From: Felis catus
Lineage: Eukaryota
Assembly: GCF_018350175.1 (NCBI RefSeq)
Contig: NC_058368.1
Span: forward strand, 124,188,001 to 124,252,000
Length of the DNA stretch: 64,000 nucleotides
Reading direction: 5' to 3'
Shown here: one piece after another, positions 52,790 to 64,000 of the stretch
Layout of the letters: the number at the start of each line of letters is the position of its first letter
How positions within the stretch are numbered: the stretch's first letter is position 1
Position numbers and translations under genes: made by a program
The notes under the pieces: model-generated
Told to the model about the DNA's origin: nothing
What the model saw: the letters and a program-made list of their open reading frames with translations, nothing else
Database searches by the model: none

Positions 52790-54335
52790 GTTTGTTTGTT
52801 TTGAGATATTAGCTCCTTCTCAGGAAATCACATCATATGGGCAGCCATCTTTTCACCTTGAGCTAAAGCTCTTTTTGCATTGACTATGAGTTTATATTTT
52901 AACCTAACCTGGGCAGGCTCTTCCCCATAATCAAATAGTGTTTTCAAAGGCAATGAAGACCAGCAAACAAGGCCCAACACTAGACAAAGGGACTGGCAAA
53001 CACCCAAAGCCACCTCACCCAAGATGTCTCATGGGAATCTCTTTGGTTTTTTACTACAACAATAACATAGATGATGTCATGCCAGAATCCTGTGGTCATG
53101 AGAGTCAGGGCAGAAGAGTGAGGTGGTGTCATCTACCATGCCCCTCAGTGACCCCTGTGGCTTTGAGAGAACCTTTAGATATGAGGCTGTGGGGGAGGGA
53201 TGACATGTGGTTTTGGATATCCCTCATATCATCTTATTTCCAGCTTTCAATCACATCGATGAGGATGTGAGCAATGTCCGAAAGTAGGAGAACTGTGGCA
53301 TCGTAAGAAAAGCCTCCTGGTTGGCAAACGCAAATGCAGGTTCACAATTCTTTCTTATGGAAGAATCCATTATAATATCAGAGACTCAAGGGTTAGATTG
53401 CTTCAGAGCTCACTTGTTTCAAAGATCTCATACATTCCTGAGGGATAAATCACTCTTACTGGGACCGAAAACATGCTTAAAGTAAGAATGTGATAGTAAT
53501 GATTCACTCTGAGATTTCATATCAAAGCCACAGGAACTAAAAATGCAAGTATATTTCCCAATATGAAACGTGGCTTGCAATCTTAATCCATGTTACTTCC
53601 TCATATTGCTGTATTACTCAAAACAGCCTATTTCTTCATTGAACACAGATGAATTTCTTCTGTGGCAACTGTCACCATTTGACCCACTGATATGTCCATG
53701 CTCTCCTCTCCACCTGTGTGTTCTCTTTTAAGGAAAAGTCATCAAGGAAGCAGAATCAATCTGGTTAAGAGCATGTGCTTGGGACCAGACTACCTGTGTT
53801 CAACTCTGCCAACATAGCTTGTTAGGGGTGTATATTTGGATGGATTTCTTCACCTTCCTAAAGTAGTTTCTCCACCTGTAAAATGGGGAAATAACACTAC
53901 CAACCTCACAGTATTAGCAAAAGTACAGGATTTGATATACAGGGAGTGCTCAATAAATACTAGCTCTTATTTGAGGAGGCTATAGCATAATGGTCAAGAG
54001 CAGGATTTGTCTGGTTCAAATACTTAGACAAGTTTCCTAATCTGTGTTTCTCTGTCCTTGTGTGTAAAATGAAGATAGTAATATTATTACACAGGTTGCT
54101 GGATCAAATGAGGTAATCTGTGGAAAGTGCTTAGAACAGTAATTGGCACATCAAGCCTGGATTAAGTATTAGCTATTATTGTGATATAAGAATCATGACA
54201 TAGAATTCCTGTCAGGAATAGTAGTGAGTCAAGAACCTGATTGCAGGTAGAATCAGACTAATATTACAGTCCTTAACTTCACTACCTGGTTAACACTGGC
54301 TAATTCATCAGAGCTGGAGTTTGAAAAGGAGTCCA

Positions 54336-54853
54336 GGGACACCTGGGTGGCTCAGTAGGTTAAGCATCAGACTCTTGATTTTGGCTCAGGTCATGATCTT
54401 ATTGTTCGTGAGTTTGGGCAGCGTAGAGCCTGCCTGGGATTCTCTCTCTCTCCCTCTCTCTCTCCGCCTCCCCAGGCTCTCTGTCTCTCTCTAAAATAAA
54501 TAAACATTTAAATTAAAAAAAAAAAAAAAAAGAAATAGGGCCTCTAAGAAATAAGTAGTGTTGAATAAGGTACTGAGGTGGGGCCCTGATCTGATGGGAT
54601 TAGTGTCCTTATGAAAAGAGACAACAGAAAACTTGCTCTCTCCCTCTCTGCATGGAGGAAAGGCCATGTGAAGACATAGATGGAAGGTGGCCAACTGCAA
54701 GCCAGAAATAGAGTTCTCACCCAAAACCATCCACACTGGCACATCACTGATCTCAGACTGCTAGTCTCCAGAACTATGAAAAAATAAATTTCTGTTGTTT
54801 AAGCAACACTGAGTCTGTGGTATTTTGTTATGATAGTCCAAGCTGACTAACAC
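54336..54853 (+). mobile_element. CanSINE (54336-54530) followed by MaLR MLT1-type LTR part
   Basis: SINE head and A tail, then GGGATTAGTGTCCTTAT...CTCCAGAACT...GCTGACTAACACA. Confidence 0.8.
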
Positions 54854-57800
54854 AGGGGGTGTGGTATGGACTCCTGTGGCAGGGTGGAGGGGTTGTGTAG
54901 GGTGCATCCGTGGCTTGGCCTGCAGGCTCCTTGATCTGTGTGGAGGAAAGGCAACCAGAGAAAAGCTAAAGGCCCTCTAAAGAGACAGCCTTAGGGCAGG
55001 GATCCCCTTGGGCTCCAAGGATGGTACCTTTCCCCAAAGGAGCTCAGGGAAAAGTAGAGAGACTGAATTTTATTGTACTGGTCTAGATAGACTCAGTGTG
55101 GGAATTTAGGCCAAAAAATAAGTGGCCCTTGACAGTTATGGTTATGGTCTATTCTGCTAGAAATTACCCTAAGGGTCATCTAGCCCTCATTATACAGATG
55201 GGGAAACTGAGGTCTACAGACTTTCTTCAGTTTACATAAAACCTTGCTAAGACCTTGGCTGTCTGGAATCTTAGGCATATAGCTTTTTCTTTGTTAGGTT
55301 AAGCTTTCCAATTTGTGCATTAACTGCCAGAGTCCTCCTGAATTTGCTAGGACAACTATGGAGAATGCTTTAAGAATTCTTGCCTTATTGCAGCCTAGAA
55401 CCTGTTTTGCCTGGGCTTGATAAAGCAAAACCATTTGGTCAAAAACATACATTGGTGCCTCATAAGTATGTTCTCTCAAACTTATTAACTAAAGAAAAAG
55501 TGGATAATAACATTTTTTGGGTGAGGCTTTGAATATTTACAGACTGTTATTTACCCCAAACAAACATATGACTAACAGCAAATACAGTCCTATGAGGTTC
55601 AAACGTAATGTTTGTTTATATTAAAAGTGTATTCAGGTCACATGAAGGAAGCACTCTGAAATGGGGCAGAGGTGGCCAAGCTGTAGTTCAGTAATGGAGC
55701 TCATATTTTCTCACATTCCCGGGGGCCTAGGGTACTGGGAGAAGGGATGGCGGGCTTCAAAAGATCACAGTGTAAGGCAGTAGACTTAGACTACTTAGTA
55801 GTGTTGGTATCTAACACACCTGTCGTTCTCTGCAGCTTCTGTGCTTCCTTTGACAATAGAGGATCTATTCTACAATGACAGTTCTTCCAGGCAGGGACAA
55901 AGGTCTAATTATAATATAATTTCCCTTTATCTGGGTATTTTCAATTTCAAATGACTCCTACGCATTTGAACACACTTGAGCTGACCGGCCATGCACTTTT
56001 ATTGTTCCTATGTGAGAAGTGACAATATTAAGATTCAGAGAGCCTAATTAAACTATTGGCCCAAAGTCATACAGCTGATAAAACAAGAGTTGAATTCATG
56101 TCCTCTGGCTACAATTCCTCTGTAGTATGCTTTAAAAATAAAACAGTCAGAATATGAATCTATCTTATTAAGACGTTGGCTGTACTTACGGAATAAAATT
56201 ATTTTCTCTCAGTAGGGCTCTAAGTGTGAACATCCTTTGCTCAGAGCTTGGGCAGTCCAGGTGGTTCCCAGCTCTCTCTCTTTGATTTCCAGAAGGAGAG
56301 AGTAGTGACCCCTTTCCCTGTGAAGCTCTGCCTTTCACGGAAATGATCAAGGGCTGTAGCTGATGCTCTTAGGTTTGAACAAATGAGACTGGGAGCGTAC
56401 CTCAACCAGTATCCAGCTTATCTCTTGAAAGTAATAAAAGTCATCCCAAATAATCCTGCTAAAACAAGTAATTCTTGTAATTCTGCTAAGTAATTCTGCT
56501 TTTATTTAATGTCCATTGCCTTTTTCCTGGTTGTAAAAAAAATCTTAGAGATTTCTATGTGGAAAATGTATACAGTGAAGAAAAGTGTAAAGAGAAAACC
56601 AGGTTTACCTGTAATTTTACCTCTCTGAGATAATCACTGGAAGAATCTTGATGTGTTTCCTCAAGTCTTTCTGTCCTATATTTAGAACACTTTGATCATA
56701 CTACAGATACAGTATTTTATAGCTTGCTTTTTTTTGTCATTTAGCATATTTTATTGCATTTTCCCATGTCATTTGGAATTTTAAAAGACATGTCTATTTT
56801 ATGGTTGTACTACCATTTAATGGCATATTAAATAAAATCACTTAATTTAAATGATTTTCTGTTCTTGGACACTTGGGTTTGTTCCCAATTGTTCAATTTT
56901 ATAAATAATTCTGTTATAAATACTCTTAACATGATTTTTTATTTCTATCTTTACTATCCTTAGAGTTGAATCATGGAAGTAGAGTTACTGGATCAAAGAC
57001 TACAAATCTTTTTAAGATTTTTGATACTTGGAATCAAATTGCTTTTCAAAGAGGCATTACCCATTTATTCTACCACTGGTGGTGTAAAAAGTGCCTTTCA
57101 TTACCTCCTCTCGACAGTGATTCCTGCCTGATGGTTCATCCCTGGTATCAGGCTCCGGAACTAAACTGTTTATAACTGAATCCCAACCGGACCGCTTCCT
57201 AGCTGTGTGGACCAGGAGAACTTGCTTAGCTGCTCTGCGACGTGGTTTCCCTTCTATTACATGGGCATAACAATACTACTTAATTTGTAGAATTAAATTA
57301 CAAGTAAATATTACAAATATATTTTACAAGTAAATATATTATTTATTTGTAAATATATAAATATATTTTACAAGTAAATACTTAGAAGTGCCTATCATAC
57401 AGTAAGTACTTGGTGCTGTAACTGCTGGTTTATTATCATAAATAAACTTCTCTTGCAATTTGATAGAAGAAAAACTATCTCGGTGCTGCATGACACTACA
57501 TGCTTTTAATAGGGATGATAAAGGTTTTTTATACTTAATGGCCAATTTGTATGTGTATATGTAAATTATCTATTCCTGCCTATTGACTACGTTCAATTGT
57601 GGTTGGTGTTTTCTTGTTCTAAACTTGTTAGAGACCTTTGTATATTAAGAGTATTAACCTTATGCATGTCATCTATACTGCAAATATTACTCACTGTGTA
57701 TGATTTGTGCTTACATTTCTATGTGGCCAAATACAATCTTTTCTTTGGTATTTTATTCTACTGCTTTTGTGCTTAGAAATCCAGCTCTCCTCCCACATTG

Positions 57801-59002
57801 GTTTGTAATACATATTTATCATTCATAAATTGAGTTTTTATATGTTCTAAGGTCTGTTTTGAGATTCACTAAAAGATTTCATTTTTTTGCATGAACACAA
57901 GTGTTTTAACTATTCTAGCTTTATAATACGTTTTAATACTTGATAGCTTTTCTCTTTCAAAATGTTTTAAGGAATTTTTGAATGCTTATTCTTTTAGTTT
58001 AACATTGTGTTGTCAAGTTCCCATGTATAAAAAAATCCTTTAAATTTGTATTAAGCCTATGAGTTAATTCTATTTTAGGAACATGGAATATTTCATTGAT
58101 TACAATTTTATTTTTAAAATTTTACACATTTGCTGTTTTGGTTTTTGTGATTGTTTTCATAAAGGCCTATGCATTTCTTGCCAGGATTATTTCTATAGTG
58201 TATGATATTTTTGTATTATAAATGGACTTGTTTCCCACTCTATATTATCTAACATTCCCAGTATATCGGGCATATACAAATTTCTGGATACTTTGTATTT
58301 GACAACTCTGAAGAACTTTCTTAGGAATCTAAAAGGTTGATTGTTGAGTCAGTTGGGTATTCTAAGTACATAATCGGACCATATGGAAATAATGCTAATT
58401 TTTTTCAAATAATCTTATCTCCTATTTCTATTTCATGGATATTATCAGTTGCTGAAAATGTGTGGAAGATGTAATGTCTAAAGTAATCTCTCCTTCCTTT
58501 TTCTCTCCACGCCCACAACAACGAGAGTGGAGGATGAGTGGGGGCCAGCAGGAGAGAGTGGGGAGAGACAGTGCTTATCTGAGAACAGGTAAAGGAGGCC
58601 CCTGGGGAGCAGTTTCTGTGGCTCCGAGCTGTGGCTCCAGATGGACTGTGATCAGTCATCTGCCACCTTCCTACTCTCCCTTCCCTCTGCCTGAGCCCAC
58701 TCCTCTCTCCCCCTCCTCCCTCTGTGACGATCTGGCAGCACTGACCAGTGCTCTGCACTGAGGACAGAAGTTGCTAACAGTAGGAACTTGTTCATCTTCG
58801 GCTGGAAGATTGGACTCCAGGTCACATGCAAGGGGCCTTTGTGCACCTGCCCTCATGCATGTCCTCCCTCCTCTCCATCCTTACTCCCTCCCTTCCTTAC
58901 TCGCACTTTCCTCTGAGGAGCTAGCAACTCCCACTTTGATTCCTACAAGAGGTTTCTGAATGGCTCCCCACCAATCCCTTCTCCTCATAGGCTGATATTT
59001 TA

Positions 59003-59236
59003 TTTTTTTGTTTTTTTTTTAAGTGTACTTATTTTGAGACGGGGTGGGGGGCGAGTGAATGAACGCACGAGCAGGGGAGGGGCAGAGAGAAGAGACAGAA
59101 CCCCAAGCAGGCTCCACACCATCAGCACAGAGTCCCCCCACCCCCCATGTGGGGCTCATACTCACAAACTGTGAGATCATGACCCTAGTTGAGATGAAGA
59201 GGTGGATGCTTAACCGACTGAGCCACCCAGGCACCC
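59003..59236 (-). mobile_element. CanSINE with TSD AGGCTGATATTTTA
   Basis: Direct repeats on both flanks. Confidence 0.9.
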
Positions 59237-60006
59237 AGGCTGATATTTTAAAAACCAAAATTGGAATGCACTCCCTTATTAAACCCCTTTCAGTCGCTTC
59301 CTGTACCACTTAGGAAAAAAAAAAACAAACAAACTCCTTAACATGGTTTGGTCACATACTGTCCCCAATACATTATACCATGTCTCTTTCCCTGATTCTC
59401 TGGGCTCCCACCACTCTGCCTTCATTTGTGTCCCTAACACACATCAAGAGCAATCTGCCTAAGATTCTTACTCCAACCCTGGCACGTGTTCACCTCCTCA
59501 TTATTCAGGGCTTGTATCCAAGTTCCAAATCCCTACTCTCCCCAAGCCAGAGCATCTCGTTTGTGCTCTTCATGGCACTCATCACAATCTAAAAATTTAG
59601 TTGTTTCCTTATTTGCTGTGTTTGCCACCTGGAAAATAAACTCTACAATAGCAGGAGATTCTGTTGTGTTTATATCTGAATCCCTGCTATCTACAACTGT
59701 GGCATGGAAGGGACTAGAAAAACACTGCTTTAGCCTGAGTTCCTCCTAGAAAATGGAGTCTGCTTCCAGGGTTTGCATGCATTTTGGGAAATGAGCCCCA
59801 TGGAGGAGGAATGGAGATACTAATATCCATTCTTATGTGGTCACTACAGTGGACCACTCAAGATGGGGGGTCATGGTGCCAGGCATCTTCTGTGCAACTA
59901 TGTAGACTCTATCTCAGAACTGTCCATTTAAGGGACAGAGGAAGCAGGTACCTACCCACCAGATTTGTTCTGCAGCTCTAGTCAAGAGCTCACCTTTCCA
60001 TGGGCA

Positions 60007-60402
60007 CAGGCAGGATCAAATATACAAACTGGGAGCCCCAGTGCAAAATAAAACAACAGACCCTTGTTTTAAAAAAGTATTAAGAGGGGCACTTGGGTGG
60101 CTCTGTCAGTTAAGCGTCCAACTCTTGGTTTCAGCTCTGGTCATGATCTCGCATTTGGTGAGTTCAAGCCCCATGTCGGGCTCTGCGCTGACAGGATGGA
60201 GACTACTTGGGATTCTCTCTCTCCCTCTTTCTGTCCCTCCCCTGCTTGTACTCTCTCTTTCTCAAATAAATAAATAAATAAATAAACATTAAAAAAAAAG
60301 TATTAAGAAATTCCAGACAGTGATAGCAGAGCCTTAAACCAAGTGTGGGGCCATTTTGAGCACAGGCCCTGTGCCATTGCACAGGTCTCATGACCAAGCC
60401 CT
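60007..60402. mobile_element. MER45-like hAT MITE interrupted by a CanSINE (60085-60295, TSD AAAAAAGTATTAAGA)
   Basis: CCCAGTGCAAAAT...AAGAAATTCCAGACAG...GGCCCTGTGCCATTGCACAGGT. Confidence 0.7.
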
Positions 60403-60884
60403 CAAGCCTTCAGTACCAAGCCTTGGGGGCCAAGCAGTTGCCTGCAGGCATCCCACTGTGCGTCAGGCTGTGGAGAAGATCCGGGAGTGGATGAGCTCAT
60501 GATGAGTTACAGCTGAAGCAGGACCTTGCACAGGTTTCTTATGCAAGCAGGTTGCTCAGCAGAGCCTGGGGCAAACGGTAGGCAAAGACGGTGTCAGGCT
60601 GGGCCACCAGACTTATCAGATCTGCGAAAGAGTCAATGAGTTCATTGTTGATGCTGCTCACTGAAATATGTCTAAAGTTCCAGAAAACCTAAACGATAAT
60701 TTGGACATTAAGAATTCTTTTATTTTTGATGGTAATGGATATGTCTCTTTTACTTCACTATTAAATATGATCTTGGCATTGGTTTAAATGAGATTGTGCT
60801 CAATGGGAGAAAACACCCTATTTGTAGCATTCTGTGCAATTCATTGTTAAAATATTAAATAATAAAATAGTGTTGTTCTCTTCT

Positions 60885-61640
60885 GTTCTGGTTACTTATT
60901 GCTATGTTACAAAAGGACCCAAAATTTAGTGGTGTCAAACAACTCCCTTTTACTGTAGTTCATGATCTTGTGGTCAGGAATTTGGGCAGGGCTTGGTTAG
61001 GTCTTTCTTCTCCTCTATGAGGTATCAATGGAGTCACTTGATGCTATTCACCTGTTGTGTAGGCTGGTAGGGGGAGAACCTAGGGTTTGCTTCCATGTCT
61101 GGTGTCTTGGCAGGGTTGACTAGAAGTCTGGGCTCATCAGGGACTGTTAACCAGAGAATCTACACATGTCCTTTCTAGCACAGTGGTCACAGGGTAGCTG
61201 AATTTCTTACATGGTGATTCAGAGCTTCTAGAGAGAGGGTTCAAAGGAACCCAGGTGGCAGCTGCAAGACTTTTTGTGACCTAGCTTCAGAAATTACAGA
61301 ATGAGGGGCACCTGGGTGGCTCAGTCGGCTGAGCATCTAGCTCTTGACTTCGGCTCAGGTTATGATCTCACGGTTTGTAGGCTCAAGCCCCACATTGGGC
61401 TGTATGCTGGCAGTGTGGAGCCTGCTTGGGATTCTCTCTCTCCCAATCTCTCTGCCCCTCCCCCACTCATATGCTCCATCTCCCTCTCTCTCTCTCTCAA
61501 AACAAATAAACTTAAAAAAAAAAAAGAAATTATAGAATGTAACTTTGACACATTCTATTTGTCAAGGGAGTCACTTAGGCCAGCCTAGATTCAAAAGGAG
61601 GGAAATTCTCAATGGGAGGAAAAGCAAAGAATTTGTGGCC
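60885..61640 (-). mobile_element. MaLR (MLT1-type) LTR interrupted by a CanSINE (61304-61523)
   Basis: AAAATTTAGTGG...GTCAGGAATTTGGGCAGGG...GGCCAGCCTAGATTCAA. SINE TSD AGAAATTAYAGAATG. Confidence 0.7.
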
Positions 61641-61732
61641 ATTTTTAACTTAGCATACTCCTATTAAAATTTCCTATAAGTCACAAGATAGGATGACTGA
61701 TCCCTTTAGTGTGGAACTACTGGTATCTTTAG

Positions 61733-61856
61733 TTAGGGTTGTCAGATAAAACACAAATATTACATGAGATGTATTTATACTAAAAAACTATTTGTTGCTT
61801 ATCTGAAAGCCAATGTAACTGGGCATCTGTTTTTTCTTTCTAAATGCAGCAACACT
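61733..61856. mobile_element. MER53-like MITE
   Basis: TAGGGTTGTCAGATAAA ... GCAACACT imperfect terminal inverted ends. Confidence 0.6.
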
Positions 61857-62873
61857 GTTTTCATCATTCCTACATATACTGTAGATGTATCAAAGTCCAC
61901 AGTATACATGGTAGCAATTCCTCAGCTTAGACAAGGGAGATGAGCCCCTACGAAGATCAAAGAGAGAGGAAGTCTACTATATAGCAATCCCAGAGCAAAG
62001 TGCATGGCAGGAAGGGCTGGTTTACTTTTCTGACCAACTGAGAATTAGCTAGAATGCTTCTGTTTTTAGACCTAGTTTCTGCAAAATGTCTTAAGGAAGG
62101 ATAGCATTCAGTAATAGATAAAGGTCCAGGTTATGGAGTTAAGCACATCTGCACTCAAGTGCCAGCTTGCCCTTGACCAGCTGTGCCACTCCAGAAAACA
62201 AGTTAACTCCTCTGCATGCTGTTGCCTTATTTATAAAAGAAGGATAACAGCACCTTACAGGGTTGTTTTCAGGGTTACATGAATGCACGGAAAGTACATA
62301 GCATGGTGCACATAATGAGTACTGAACCTGCTATTATTATTTTAAATCTTAATAAGCAGAATAGGCTGTATAACACAATTTTTCTAATTATTGAAATTTG
62401 GATGAAAGTCTATTTAGGCAAGACTTATAATTGTTTAAAAAAACTCTTAGTATTTTCATGGAGATAGGCACAGAGCTCAACAAATACTTGCTTATCAGCC
62501 TCACTCACTTATACATACATTTTAAAGAGAAAGGGGAGTTAATGGTTCCAGTGAGTTCACTATGAGGTAAATGAGAGACTTTTCAATCTTTAGAAAAATG
62601 CCTCTATAGCATTGGTTAGTGCTATTGGTCATGTGTCAGTTTTTAGCTCTCAAACCCCAAACACCTACTCAGCCTCAAATGACTGCTTCTTTTTAATGCT
62701 TGCAAGAAGATAAGAGAGTTAATCTTCTGATTTTCCTCTTTCTGAGCTTTATTCCCCAGGGCGTGAAACCAACCATAGTGTGGTCAACCATTGAGCCTGC
62801 TTTAAATATCAATTGGCTAGCACAGAGATAGTTCAACACATTATTCTTCAAGGATTAAAAAGCGTGCGCACAA

Positions 62874-63075
62874 GGGGCACCTGGGTGGCACAGTTGGTTA
62901 GGCGTCTGACTCTTGATCTCAGCTCAGGTCATAATCTCAGTTAGTGGGTTCAAGCTCTGTATCAGGCTCTGTGTTGATGGTGCGGAGCCTGTTTAGGATT
63001 CTGTCACTCCTCTCTGCCCCTTCCCTGCTTGTGTGCGCTCTCTCTCAAAATAAATAACTAAATCAAAAAAAGAAA
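62874..63075 (+). mobile_element. CanSINE
   Basis: GGGGCACCTGGGTGG head, imperfect TSD around GTGCGCACAA/GTGTGCACAA. Confidence 0.88.
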
Positions 63076-63214
63076 AAGTGTGCACAAAAACACAAAACAA
63101 AACAAAAACAGTGGGCCACTAAATGAACAAATTTGCAAAATAACCAGTACTGTGGGTTACATATAAGTGTAAGTACTTTAATAAGCATTAGCACAATTTT
63201 CTGATTCCTAGATG

Positions 63215-63520
63215 GCACTCTGTCCAACAGAACTTTCCAAGATGATGATAATGGTCTAGGTGTGCTGTCCATTAGGGTGGCCAACAGCACATGTGGCTAC
63301 CAAGCACTTAAAATATGAGGAACTGTATTATACATTTCATTTAGTTTTCAAGTTTGTTTGTTTATTTATTAGTAATCTCAATGTGGGGCTCAAGATTACA
63401 ACCTGAGATCAAGAGTTGCATGCTCTACTGACTGATCCAGCCAAGTGCCCCAAATTTCATTTAGTTTCGATGAATTCAAACTGCTACATGTTGCTAGTGG
63501 CTCCTCTATTGCAATGCAGT
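63215..63520. mobile_element. MER3-like MITE interrupted by a short SINE (TSD ATTTCATTTAGTTT)
   Basis: CTGTCCAACAGAACTTTC...CACATGTGGCTA...GCTAGTGGCT. Confidence 0.65.
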
Positions 63521-64000
63521 GACTGACAGTAAATGACATTTGGATATTCTACCAATGTTAAAGTCATCAAAACTTCACTTCAGCTTCTCTATGAACTTCA
63601 TTGACTAAGTTATTACAAGCTTGCTTAAGTTTAAGGCATTAGAGTCTAGATCCACAACAAGAAGTTCCATTTCTCTATCTTGTACCCAAGGTGACATGGA
63701 ACATGGCATGTTTTGCCTCTGAGCTCAGAAGCAGCTTTATAATCTTTCTCACTATTAGGCTCTGGAAAGCCATTAGTCATTGAGAGAAGTTAACAATAAG
63801 CTAATACTTACTGAGGGCCTACTATGCGCTGAACAGTTTATCACAGGTCACTCAGGATTAAATCCTGATCATTCCAACCACAGATCTGCACCTTTTTCTT
63901 TGTGTCAGGAACCAAGATGTTCCTCCTCATTTTTTCCACTACTCTAAGAAACATTAAGTACTGTAGGGACTTATTCTCAGAATGAATAAAAAAGATCAGT

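Noticed and set aside
38800..64000. Additional protein-coding exons in the right half
   Set aside because: No ORF resembles a protein I recognise and most overlap repeats. Non-coding exons or enhancers cannot be excluded from sequence alone.

Overview
Mammalian genomic DNA from a felid carnivore, judged from abundant tRNA-derived CanSINEs including young cat-type copies. The left half holds the 5' end of IL6ST (gp130) on the minus strand: CpG-island promoter and non-coding exon 1 (~29.8-30.0 kb), a MIR-derived non-coding exon 2 (15235-15319), and coding exons 3 (signal peptide), 4 (Ig-like D1) and 5 (start of D2, ending in a GC donor). The gene continues off the left edge. Just upstream of the promoter, on the same strand, is a full-length disabled processed alpha-tubulin pseudogene (TUBA1A-type, 30715-32384). 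The rest (32.5-64 kb) is intergenic: SINE, L1, L2, MIR, MaLR and MER relics and microsatellites. I found no convincing new multi-gene system. The best second-look items are a degenerate copy of the exon-5 acceptor region inserted into an intronic L1 with its AG destroyed, a set of uORFs in the IL6ST 5' UTR, and the tubulin retrocopy beside the promoter. Repeat family names and human comparisons are from memory, not database searches, and old-repeat boundaries are approximate.
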